Source of the DNA: Octopus vulgaris
Taxonomy: Eukaryota
Assembly (NCBI GenBank): GCA_951406725.2
Contig: OX597840.1
Span: 2,728,001 to 2,792,000, forward strand
Direction of reading: 5' to 3'
Length of the DNA stretch: 64,000 nt
A model generated the notes under the pieces. The model saw only the letters and a list, made by a program, of their open reading frames with translations. It ran no database searches and was not told the origin of the DNA. This document shows positions 13,581 through 30,493 of the stretch, piece after piece. The position numbers and the translations under genes are program-made. How positions within the stretch are numbered: position 1 is the first letter of the stretch; every line of letters starts with the position of its first letter.

Positions 13581-14925
13581 AATATAATAATAAAAACAAT
13601 TCCTCGTGTCATTTTCCATTCACTTTTGGTGTGGCATTATCCAATATTGCATAAAATGTTTTCAATTTTTATCTATGGATATTTAGAAAATGCTTACAGG
13701 TAACAGAAAATTCAATAAGAAACCGTTATAGTAATGACCGCAAGCATTAAATTTATGGCGTCAGCGCAAAATATTATAACAGCTTTCATCCTATCGTAAT
13801 CATAAAAAATTAATTTAGCTGACGTAATTTCCTGTTCTCGTATATGATGAATACCCCCTCCCCCCTCCGCAAAGGGTTTGAGTATTGGAATATTGTAAAC
13901 GATTTATCTAGTTGTCTTATAACACATATTCAAGAGAAATTACAAACAACAAGCATATTAGTTTAGACGCCTAAATATCTGAAATGCTACGTCCTTGTCA
14001 CAACAAATTTGGAGACTGAAATATGAAATTCTAACAACCTTATTGTGTTCAATACTCGAATTTGAAAAAAAGCATATTCCAGCGCATATAGAGGATGCGC
14101 TGCTTATGTAATTCTGGAAATATTTCTTATTGACATAGCATCTTCAGTCTTACTTCCAAACTCATTTCGATATGTAATCAAGGAAAACATTTTGTATTAC
14201 GCAATTTATTCTGCTGACAACGTAATTATATTTTCTTTTATATGGTTCAAATTCTCTGAAATTCTTCAGATGTTTTGGGAGTATCCTTCAATCTATTTAA
14301 AATATTTTTCATGGTAAATCACGTCCTTCTGCGAAAAATCTGTTTACTATTTTATGCTCAAAAGACCTTTGTATAAAATCTGAAGTGACCAAATCATTTT
14401 TTTTTGATGACTAAATACCTTATGTCTCTCGGATATTCTCTATCAATACGAGTATAAATTTCTATGTATATCTTGAAGTAACCACAGCAAAAGGGTACAA
14501 ATACTGCAACAGATCGACTTGAAACTTGGCCAAAAAATCTAATCTGTATGGCAACGGTTACACAGCAAAATCTGAATCCGATGTATAGTTGTGGTTTTAC
14601 GATTAAGATAAGCCATGCACGTATGTAAGACATCCATAAAATGTACACTCTGAACACAAGACTTCAATCGAAGCGCACTTGAATTGAAAGGGAGAATACT
14701 GTTATTATAAATACAAAAGGATATTAATAAAGAGTAACGTTTTCCGTGTAAATGGTTCTGGAACTGACATCTGATGCATATCAGAAAAATATAAGATATA
14801 AAAAATCTAATTTCACGAAAGTGAAATGAAATATTACGCTGAGGACACCAAAATGAATTTATTTTTTAGAATATCAATCAAAGTGTGAAGTGAAGATCCG
14901 ATATTGTAATGTAAAATAATAATAA

Positions 14926-15157
14926 AGGCGGCGAGCTGCCAGAAACGTCAGCACACCGGGCGAAATGCTTAGCGGTATTGCGTCTGTCGTTGCGTTCTGA
15001 GTTCAAATTCCGCCGAGGTCGACTTTGCCTTTCATCCTTTCGGGGTCGATAAATTAAGTACCAGTTACGCACTGGGGTCGATGTAATCGACTTGATCCGT
15101 TTGTCTGTCCTTGTTTGTCCCCTCTGTGTTTGGCCCCTTGTGGGCAATAAAGAAAAA
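14926..15157 (+). mobile_element. SINE family A, full length
   Basis: Complete head, body and tail. The 14-bp direct repeat GATATTGTAATGTA occurs at ~14900 and ~15158. Confidence 0.92.
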
Positions 15158-16034
15158 GATATTGTAATGTAGAGACCCTATAACTAACAACGAGTTAATT
15201 AGAAAATAATCAATAGGCAATGAAAGTAGGAAGAAACATATACAATATCTTAACGAGTAGGCGAAGAAGCATTTAGCAGATTTGAAATAGCGATTCAGGA
15301 AATAGATAAATATGTTTTGTAATGAAACAAATTATGATAATCAAATAAGGATCCTGATTCAAGACATCTCTTGAGATACCAGGAAAATGGGAGATAAATA
15401 AATATGTACCCCAGCGAAAAGCGGATGCGGTAGTGCAATTAATAAGTAGCAGCTAATGCATTCGTAATGAAAAGCGATGTTTAGATATGCAATTTTTGCC
15501 AGACAGGGTACGATTAAGAAAATGTACAAATAGAGACCGAACGGTGAATTGGCCAATAAATAACGCGATTTCGAAAAGTGTAACTGATAAAAAAGCGAGA
15601 AGCATTAAAAACCAAATGATAACATGAATGGAATTGAGATGTCGACCAATAAAAACAGAACCGCCAACAATGTTGCAAATGAAAAGACGACAGGTAGAGG
15701 CAGCACATTAATAAAATGGCATTTCGAAATAGTCTCACAAGTAGCGACTCAATCTAATGTATATAAAACAGCTTTAAATACCGCTATTCAATGCTCCGAC
15801 TCTTGGATATCATTCGGATAAAATATTTTTTGCGTAAATTTCAAGACGGTGATAGACATCAACTCAATTGGTTATCTCAGGTCATATGGTTTGAAATTTT
15901 ATAGATAGACATAAATTTTTTGATGTGAAAGGAAGTCAGACTCTCCATTACATACGATGTTGGTGTTCTCAGTTTTCAAGTGAAATAACTTGAAATGTGT
16001 AAGAGCAACAATTTTTTCCCCATATTATATATTC

Positions 16035-16410
16035 TATTACTTGTTTCAGTCATTAGACTGCGGCCATTCTGGAGAACTCATCATAAGAAATTTAGTGAAA
16101 CGCATAGACCTTAGTATTTAATGTTTAAACGTGGTACTAATTCTATCGGTCTCGTTTACCGAACAACTATGTTACGTGGACGTAAAGATACCAACATCAA
16201 TTGTGGAATAGGTAACCCCGCCCCCATGTATATGTATATATATATACATATATACACGATGGGTCTCTTTCAGTTTCCTTCTACTGTATCCACTAACAAG
16301 TTCTTTGGTTGTTCCCATGTCTTAGTAGAAGCCAGTTGGCCATGGTGGCTCGCACAGGAACTGAACCCGGAACCACGTGGTTGAGAAGCAAACTTCTTGC
16401 CACACTGCAA
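16035..16410 (-). mobile_element. SINE family B, old copy
   Basis: Diverged match to 33821-34252. Confidence 0.7.
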
Positions 16411-16866
16411 CCGTTAATTATTTCAAGCAAAAACACTAATTTATTTGTAAATTCCATGATTGTGCCAAAAGTACGAGTGTAAATAATAAAGTTCTTATTT
16501 ATATGTAAGAAGGAAGTTCCATAATATATCTGAAAATTGGTTAAAGAAATTCTTATTATACTTCTCTAAGGCGCCGGAAAAATTGCTTAGCGGCATTTCT
16601 TCCGTCTTTACATTCTGGTGCACTTTGCCTTTCATCTTTCCATTGTTGCTAAAATAAGTACCAGTCGAGCACTGGGGTTAGAGTAATCGACTTATACCTC
16701 CACCGAAATAGCTGGCTTGTGTCAAAATTTTAAATCAATGTTTTATATCTCTGACACCATTGCATTTAATCCCCTGGCAAAAATAACGTTTAGCACTCTA
16801 ATGTACGTTTTATCAGATAGCAGGGTCACAGACCCACATACATATTCGTATTTATAAAATAAATTA

Positions 16867-17352
16867 GCCCTTTTAAAGCCTAGCCAGGCTCATGGGCCCG
16901 GTTTCCCGATTTCAATGGCGTATGTGTTCCCCAGCTGGACGGGACGCCAGTCAATCGCAGTGTTACTTATTTTTGCCAGCTGAGTGGACTGGAACAACGT
17001 GAAATGAAGTGTTTTGCTCAAGAACACAACGCGTCGCCCGGTCCAGGAATCGAAACCACAATCTTACGATCATGATGCTGACACCCTAACCACTAAGCCA
17101 TGCGCCTCCACAAAATAAATGCGCCCTTTTAAAGCCTAGCCAAGCTCATGGGCCCGGTTTCCCGATTTCAATGGCGTATGTGTTCCCCAGCTGGATGGGA
17201 CGCCAGTCAATCGCAGCATTACTCATTTTTGCCAGCTGAGTGGACTGGAACAACGTGAAATGAAGTGTTTTGCTCAAGAACACAACGCGTCGCCCGGTCC
17301 ACAATCTTACGATTATGATGGTGACACCCTAACCACTAAGCCACGTGCCTTC
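16867..17352 (-). mobile_element. SINE family C, tandem pair (16867-17111, 17122-17352)
   Basis: tRNA-like head GGCGCATGGCTTAGTGGTTAGG...TTCGATTCC, a CORE-like TTCTTGAGCAAAACACTT segment and a V-domain-like GACTGGCGTCCCGTCCAG segment. The second copy has a short deletion in the B-box region. Confidence 0.85.
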
Positions 17353-17819
17353 ACTATTCGCATATATGGGGAAACATAATATAGAAATAATATTTCAATT
17401 ATATTAACAATAATTAATGAGTAGATAGCTTCTATATAAATATATGCAATCTGTTTCTAAACTTCAGGTTATATTGCCTTTCGTCTTAAATATTTTGAAC
17501 ATGCTTGCAAAACATACATTCACGGTGACAGATCGTATATTTTAATGTGGTTAGTTCGTCATAACTATATAATCTCGCGTTAGTGTATGCTATCAAATTT
17601 TAGTGTATAATAGTACCAACGCACAAACAAACGCACTAAGTGTAGCAATAGGTTGCTAAAACAAAGATCATGTTAGCAGAACAATTGAGCATGAATGTTT
17701 CTGCATCAAATAATAAACGTCCCATTCTTTTTATGGTTTTTACTTAAAATTACTGAATGTAGAATGGAGTTTTAGATAAAGTGTACTGCGTACGTAGAGG
17801 TGTAGGTAAAGCGACCAAT

Positions 17820-23076
<5,257 letters not shown>

Positions 23077-24289
23077 TCGTTTTCTTTTCATTCCAAATGA
23101 TGGTAAGCGGCCCCATCCCACCTCCATCGGAGCCCATGTTCAATTATACATGTCGCTAGATTTAAGTCTGAAGTATGTGTGTCTATGTGCGGCGTTTTTG
23201 TTTGGTTTAAAGCCGTTCTGTGTGGTTGTTCCGCTTAAGTTTGCAGTGTAGTGTAATGTTATTTAATTCGCCATTTCATTAACTCTGCGTTCGTATTCAC
23301 TGCGGGATATCTATTTTGCTTCTTTTATTTATATTTATTTTCCTCTTTCTATTTTCTTTCCTTTTATATATATATCACATAACCTATTCAAATCCGTTCG
23401 CACCGAAAAAAATATACATTAACTATTTAACTCTAAGAACTTAGTATTTAGACTGGCTAAAATCTTGCTATTATTCACGTAATCCTTCTTAACTGTAGGT
23501 CTTTTCTTTATAGGTGATGGCACGGCCGTGTGGTTTAGAAGCTTGCTTTGTTACCAAGTTGTATTGAGTTCCGTCGCAGTATGCGGACTTCGGCCAAGCG
23601 TCTTTTATTATAACTCCAGGCCGGGTAGTATCTGTTTGGTAGACGCCATCTTTGAGAGCATTAATATAGAAGTTCGTTTAATGAAAAATAAATGTCTCTC
23701 CTAAAGAACAGTAAAAAGAAGAAAAAAAACAAGAAAAAAATATATATAGTAATACACGAAGAAAAAATGGTAATACATGATTCTGCTTTTCCTGTGAATT
23801 CCTTTTTGCAGAATGGCTAATTTGGTTTAAATTTGGCACGTACTTTAAAATGCAAAATTCCTGTATCAGCTATCATCTATCTTATTTTCTACACAATTTG
23901 TTATAGTACTTACCCCACAACTTCTTTTAAAAAAGCGATATGTTTTGACATGTTCAATTGGAGGAAAATAGCTCTATTATATAACACGAGCAAAAGAAGC
24001 GCACCCCCCCACCCCCATCCAATGGACGGTGCTGAGTTGTCAAACATTTAAACCAAATTTTCTCAAAATAACTTGTCCGATCGTCTCATAGGCCTCACTT
24101 TGAGAAACACTGATTTAACCTAAATTTTAGACACCAGCAAAAGAAGAAATAAAGATAGACTTTTTTCTATTCCAAAGAAACCTAATAGTCTTTCCTTCCT
24201 TCATGCCAAGTTTGAAGAAAATATCTCTTTTGCATCTTACTTTTTTGGTCTCTTAAATATACAGCATTTTGTGGCATTATTTCAAGACA

Positions 24290-24563
24290 GTCGGCTTTTT
24301 TGACGCAAACTGCACGTGCATATTTCTCGCGTATGCGTAGTATCGATCGCAACAGCTGATGTACTTGCGCATACAAATGTATATTCGCACGGCTTTATCG
24401 ATCGCATTCTCACCTGGAATCGATTTTTGTAATTTTTTCAAGATTTATGCACGCCCTGATACCATCGGTATCTACATATTAAATTTGAGCGCAATCGGAT
24501 GGAGGATGCCCGAGATCCTAGAAGACACACACAGACAGACAGAACGGATTTTATATAACAGAT
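24290..24563 (+). mobile_element. 3' end of a non-autonomous Helitron/Helentron-type (Lep1/HINE-like) element
   Basis: AAATTTGAGCGCAATCGG...(ACAG)n...TTTTATATAACAGAT terminus, typical of this class. Confidence 0.5.
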
Positions 24564-25051
24564 TATTCTTTGACGGAATATAAAGCATTAATAACCCATA
24601 ATACTCTTATGCAAACGATTATTATATCACTTATTCGTATCTCTCTTTTCTAACTATCATAAGATATACTCCTCGGAGAAACACATTTATGTGGCCTTCT
24701 CGCGCGACTGTCGCATCAGCTTAATGCATGAACAATGACCAATCAATTTGTATGCTAACGAATAGCGTCCTGCGAGACGTTCCTTCTTAAAAACAAACTA
24801 TTTTTATATCAACGGCCAGAATAGATATAATTTGTGACACAACTCCTTCCACTGTACTCTTTTTAAAATCCAATGTGAAACCAGTAAATTGTATTCCTAT
24901 ATCTTAAAATATAATTAAATTCTTGTTAACATATTATTCAATGTGTATGTTAAGCTTCCTTTCTTCTATTACTCCATTATTTTTTAATTAATAGCAATTG
25001 ATATATATGTATATATATATATTAGAAGGTTCGGTGAGGTACAGGTATTAT

Positions 25052-25310
25052 ATATTAGTAAAAATAATGTACTCAGAGATCTGGATGGTTGTACATTTAC
25101 AGATTTCTATTAATATGTCATGTGTTTTTATAAATCATATATTCAGCGCTTGCATCTACTCTAGTAGATTCTTCAGATTTTTTTTAAAGAATCTACTAGC
25201 GCAGATGCGAGCGCTATTATATATGATGTATAAAAACATGTGACGTATTTATAAAAATTTTTAAATGTACAATCATCCAGATTTCTGAGTACCTTATTTT
25301 TTCTAATACA
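25052..25310. repeat. Long imperfect palindrome (~120-bp arms) with degenerate hammerhead motifs at the centre
   Basis: Arm 25052-25172 is the reverse complement of ~25187-25310. Minus strand 25141-25176 reads CTGAAGA ATCTAC taga GTAGAT GcAA GCGC T. Confidence 0.8.
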
Positions 25311-25428
25311 TATATTCTAATAATATATATATATATATTATATATACACTTGTACACATGTGTACATAGATACATAGATACATAGGTACATAGATACATA
25401 TGCATGTATATATGTATGTATATATATA

Positions 25429-25660
25429 AGGCGGCGAGCTGGCAGAAACGTTAGCACGCCGGGCGAAATGCGTAGCCGTATTTCGTCTGCCGTTACGTTC
25501 TGAGTTCAAATTCCGCCGAGGTCGACTTTGCCTTTCATCCTTTCGGGGTCGATAAATTAAGTACCAGTTACGCACTGGTGTCGATGTAATCGACTTAATC
25601 CGTTTGTCTGTCCTTGTTTATCCCCTCTGTGTTTAGCCCCTTGTGGGTAGTAAAGAAATA
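25429..25660 (+). mobile_element. SINE family A, full length
   Basis: Near-identical to 29323-29553; flanked by (TA)n. Confidence 0.93.
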
Positions 25661-25688
25661 TATATATATATTTATATATATATATGTT

Positions 25689-25745
<57 letters not shown>

Positions 25746-25749
25746 GTGT

Positions 25750-25967
25750 GTGAGGTATAGTTGCCATTTCAATATGGCTAACCACTAAGGGTGGGTGTTA
25801 CTGTAGCTTGTAGCCCCAGGAGAACATCGTCTCCAGCTGGCTTTAGGCACACTTTCTGTGCCCTTATGGTATTTGCAAAGAGAGGTCACCCTTCCCTCGT
25901 CAACCTAAGTGATACGCACGGACTGCAGTTTCTAGGTTTTGACCTGTCATCAGCGTACGACAATCAC
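25750..25967 (+). mobile_element. Unclassified interspersed repeat (copy of 8699-8957)
   Basis: Aligns with the reverse complement of ~8740-8957. Confidence 0.75.
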
Positions 25968-26019
25968 ACACATATATACATACGTATCTATGTATACATG
26001 TCACAAGTGTCACTGTATA

Positions 26020-26265
26020 GTAAGACATTTTATTCCCAACGACATGGTTACGGGTTCAGTACCCCTACTGGGCACCTTGAGCAAGTTTTTTGGGCTACAG
26101 CTCCGTTCTGACTAAAGACTTGTGAGTGGATTTAGTAGGCGGAAACCAAAGGAAACACGTCGTTGGTGCGTGTCTGTATGGTTTTTGCCTGCATTTGTCC
26201 CGCACACTGCTTGATATCTCAATGTCTTTATGCCCACGTAACTGAGCGGTTCGGAAAAGTGACCT
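26020..26265 (+). mobile_element. SINE family B, old partial copy
   Basis: GGCACCTTGAGCAAG...CTTGTGAGTGGATTT...GCGGTTCGG. Confidence 0.6.
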
Positions 26266-26278
26266 ATATATACACTCT

Positions 26279-26313
<35 letters not shown>

Positions 26314-26638
26314 CAAAGTAACGGTGTGTGAACGTCCCGATCTGGATATATGTTTTTTTATGCGTATAAACATGTAAATAAATGTGAGCATTTTCATGTT
26401 CGTATCTAGCCGCTTTAAATAGAATAGACATCAGTTTAAATTTCGGGCTTTATCAGCGAGGATAGCGCCCGTACAATGGTGAAATTCAAAATTTCTACAT
26501 ATTAGATAGCCATTATCAAAATATGTCCATAACAAATATAAAAAAGTCACAACTTCTGTAATATTCAATTCAATTGTTGAGCTATTTCACTGAAATGCTT
26601 ATATTGCATAAATCTTATGGACGATAAATGTAGATAAG

Positions 26639-26690
<52 letters not shown>

Positions 26691-26855
26691 TATTTTTTTA
26701 TTTTTTTATTTATTCTTTTATCTAATTTAACACTGACTCCTTGACCACTCCCCCAAGTATGATATTTTGCGCTATGCCTACCCCCAAAAAGTCCCCCACC
26801 ACCACCCCTTTAAACCTGCCTAAATGTATAAATGCCAATACAATTCTTTTTAACT

Positions 26856-26906
26856 AGCTTCCTGAAGATTTCTCTTGAATGAAACAGTTCTAGTCCTGTA
26901 GAAGCT
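26856..26906 (+). ncRNA. Type I hammerhead ribozyme motif, intact core
   Basis: AGCTTC CTGAAGA tTTC tctt GAAt GAAA CAG ttctagtc CTG TA GAAGCT. Stem I is 6 bp, stem II 3 bp (U-U at the base), stem III 3 bp plus A-U, with a GUA cleavage triplet. Confidence 0.8.
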
Positions 26907-26989
26907 CCTTCTATATAATAAATTAATTTTACTCTGCTATGTATTGAGTACCTTATTTACTGTGGTTAACCCCGAATCAACCCGGGACC

Positions 26990-27041
<52 letters not shown>

Positions 27042-27056
27042 AATCAATAAATGGTG

Positions 27057-27101
27057 GGGTTCTGTTGAAAAGTCACATTGTGACGAAATCCGTATTGAAT
27101 T
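27057..27101 (+). ncRNA. Degenerate hammerhead-like motif (CUGUUGA core)
   Basis: CTGTTGA aaa GTCAC att GTGAC GAAA tccgta TT gaat. Stem II is perfect; stems I and III are imperfect. Confidence 0.45.
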
Positions 27102-27234
27102 ATTATATATATATTTTGTTAATTTTTCAAAATTTTCCATACACCCATTTTCATTAAAATTTACCTTCAATTTAGCATTCTGCCTTTTTATAATTTTTCC
27201 TTGCCTATATATAAATATTTATATATATTTATAC

Positions 27235-27302
<68 letters not shown>

Positions 27303-27558
27303 GTACGTGTGCGAATATGTTATAGTATGCACAAGTGGTTGTTGCTGGGGCGGTAATATCAGGTTCGTCTGTTTCACATCACATTACCACAAAATTCAAA
27401 CGCAGAGGAAATTCGCAGACGACCGAGGTCACTAATGTAACAACCTACAGTTGCACAGCTGTCAACACTAATCATCCTCGTAATTTATATGACTGCGATA
27501 TACTTATATAAATACATATATATACTTATATATATATGTTTGTGTGTGTGTACATATG

Positions 27559-27598
<40 letters not shown>

Positions 27599-28169
27599 TA
27601 TTTATATATATATATATATATATGCATATTTATATATACATGTATATATGTATATATATGCATGTACATATATATATATATGTTTGTATATATATGTATA
27701 TATCCAAATGTATATATATATGTATACATACATATTCATATATACATGAGCATATATGTATGTATATATTATATATATAGAAGTGTATATATAAACATAT
27801 ATGTGTATAAAGATATGTATATATATATATGTGTGTATATATATATATATATAGAGAGAGAGAGTGAGCGATAGATAGATAGGTAGAAAGATAGATAGAT
27901 ACATGCATACATACATACATACGTACGTACGCACGTACATACATACATGCATGCATACATACATGCATACATACATGCATGCATACATACATACATACAT
28001 AGACATGTATAATCATACATATGAACATATTTATGAACATATGCATTTACATATCACACTGCGACCATTAATGTATCGATTTGCAATCACATCTATATAT
28101 CTATATATTCACCTTTATGTACGTATCGACATAACTTGGCTGTACCTGCCTTCGTTTCTATCTGTATAT

Positions 28170-28634
28170 ACCAGCATTGAAGCCACGCTACTGAAGTACC
28201 ACCTCCGATGGGCAGGGCATGTCTCCAGAATGGAGGGACCATCGCCTTCCAAAGATTGCCCTGTTTGGCGAACTCTCCACCGGCCACCGAGTGAGAGGAG
28301 CTCCGAGGAAGCGCTACAAAGACTACCTCAAGAAGTCTCCAACAGCATGTCATATTAACCACCAATGCTGGTCAGACCTGGCTGTGGACCGTGATGTCTG
28401 GTGCCATAGGCTCTTCAACGGAGTCAGTAAGTCAGAGGAGCAAAGAAGAGACGCACTTAAAGACAAGAGATGCAGGAGGAAGGCGTGAGCCGCCTCTGAC
28501 ACCACACTGGATGTTACCTTCATCTGTGGACACTGCTCACGGACCTGCCTTTCCCATATCGGACTTGGTATTCATGAGCGTGCATGCACGCGACGTGGAC
28601 AGCCTTCCTGATCTTCGTTCGCGAAGCCAAGCCA
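28170..28634 (+). mobile_element. RTE (BovB-like) LINE 3' fragment
   Basis: TSIEATLLKYHLRWAGHVSRM/DHRLPKIALFGELSTGHRVRGAPRKRYKD...CGHCSRTCLSHIGLGIHERAC, with a frameshift and a stop. Confidence 0.9.
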
Positions 28635-28651
28635 TAATAAATATAATATAT

Positions 28652-29040
28652 ACTAGCAGTATCGCCCGGCGTTGCTCGGGTTTGTAAGGGAAATAACTAT
28701 ATAAGCATTTTTAGAGAGTTATAGCCAAAAAATAGCAAAAAAATGCATTAAAAATGGAAACAAAATTATGGTAAATTTTTTTTTAAATCGTTGACTCATC
28801 GTAGACGTTTTTAGAGAGTTACTTCCCTTATATAATAGCGAAAAAATGCATTAAAATGGAAAAAAATGATGGTAATTTTTTTTTTAAATCGTAGACTCAT
28901 CGTAGACGCGCGCTAATACCCAGAAGGGCTCGATATGTATAACGACTATAAGATACCTGGTTTTACCGCAAAATGTTGGAGTAGTTAGGAATCTAAATCG
29001 TAGGAGACAGACACACAACTTCACTTTTATATATAAAGAT
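28652..29040 (+). mobile_element. Non-autonomous Helitron/Helentron-type element with an internal ~100-bp tandem duplication
   Basis: The 5' end is TACTAGCAGTATCGCCCGGCGTTGCTCGGG (hairpin) and the 3' end is CTTTTATATATAAAGAT. The block TTTTTAGAGAGTTA...GACTCATCGTAGACG is present twice. Confidence 0.65.
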
Positions 29041-29322
29041 ATATATATATCCCTACCTACCTCAGCGACTTTAAGTGTTTGTAAGTGTAAGTGTGTGAGT
29101 GCGTGTGTGTAAATTAGTGGGTGTGTACACAACGAGACCATCGTTCAGCTGAACGACAAGTAGAAGCTGTTAAATCTTATTTCTATTACCTGGGTGAGAT
29201 GGTTTAAATCGTATAATGCTGGAAGTGTAACTCTATTTGATTTTATTTTCCTCGTTTCAAGGAATTATTGAGTTCACAGCAGAAGCAATACACCGGCCAA
29301 CTATTCTTGATGAACAAGTATA

Positions 29323-29553
29323 TATTTCTTTACTGCCCACAAGGGGCTAAACACAGAGGGGACAAACAAGGACAGACAAACGGATTAAGTCGATTATATC
29401 GACCCCAGTGCGTAACTGGTACTTAATTTATCGACCTCGAAAGGATGAAAGGCAAAGTCGATCTCGGCGGAATTTGAACTAGGAACGTAACGACAGACGA
29501 AATACGGCTACGCATTTCGCCCGGCGTGCTAACGTTTCTGCCAGCTCGCCGCC
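29323..29553 (-). mobile_element. SINE family A, full length
   Basis: ~15-bp TSD TGA(T/C)GAACAAGTATA on both sides. Confidence 0.93.
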
Positions 29554-29899
29554 TATGACGAACAAGTATAGTGTGTTCGACATTGAGAAGGCAACAGATT
29601 GTATACGGGGACAAGCAAAGAATGGAAAGGCCATGTGCACATGTGAATCAAAAATTTTTTTTTAAATCAAAGCCAGCATTTAAGCTGCACAACGGTGTGA
29701 GAGCTTAGCAATCGCCACGATTAACAGAAATCACCAGAAATTTGAGAAATTGACTGTATCGCACAAACGAGTTATATACAACCTGTAAGCTTCAGACGAA
29801 GTGGACTAAGGTCTCAGTCTATGATGGATGTTTCGAAAATGGTTGCAAATCCGCAATCGATGTCCGGTTTATACGAAACGAAGGTGGAATCCTATTGTG

Positions 29900-30106
29900 A
29901 TATGGTGAAAAGCGTATGCCGTGTATGCAGCTAGTGATGATGTCTTTCTTCCGATCTCGTGATTAGGAATGAAACGTGATGCACTTTAGCAAAGAGAATT
30001 GTGTGTTTCGCCAATATAATTCTCCTCGCAGTTTGGGCAATGCAGTACATCAGGTTCTGTGCCTTGCAGTTTGTTGTTATATGTTCCACATCTCCTGTCT
30101 CCACAT
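29900..30106 (-). pseudogene. Penelope-like element: Cys linker and GIY-YIG endonuclease remnant
   Basis: The minus strand gives GDRRCGT..., NCKAQNLMYCI and CPNCEENYIGETHNSL. This is the PLE GIY-YIG signature NxIYxIxCxxC...YIGET. Confidence 0.75.
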
Positions 30107-30493
30107 ACTCTTTACTCTTTTACTTGTTTCAGTCATTTGACTGCGGCCATGCTGGAGCACCGCCTTTAGTCGAGCAAATCGACCCCGGCACTTATTCTTT
30201 GTAAGCCCAGTACTTATTCTATCGGTCTCTTTTGCCGAACCGCTAAGTGACGGGGACGTAAACACACCAGCATTGGTTGTCAAGCGATGCTAGGGCGACA
30301 AACACAGACACACAAACATATACACACACACTTATATATATATACATATATACGACAGGCTTCTTTCAGTTTCCGTCTACCAAATCCACTCACAAGGCAT
30401 TGGTCGGCCCGGGGCTATGGCAGAAGACACCTGCCCAAGGTGCCACGCAGTGGGACTGAACCCGGAACCATGTGGTTGGTAGACAAGCTACTT

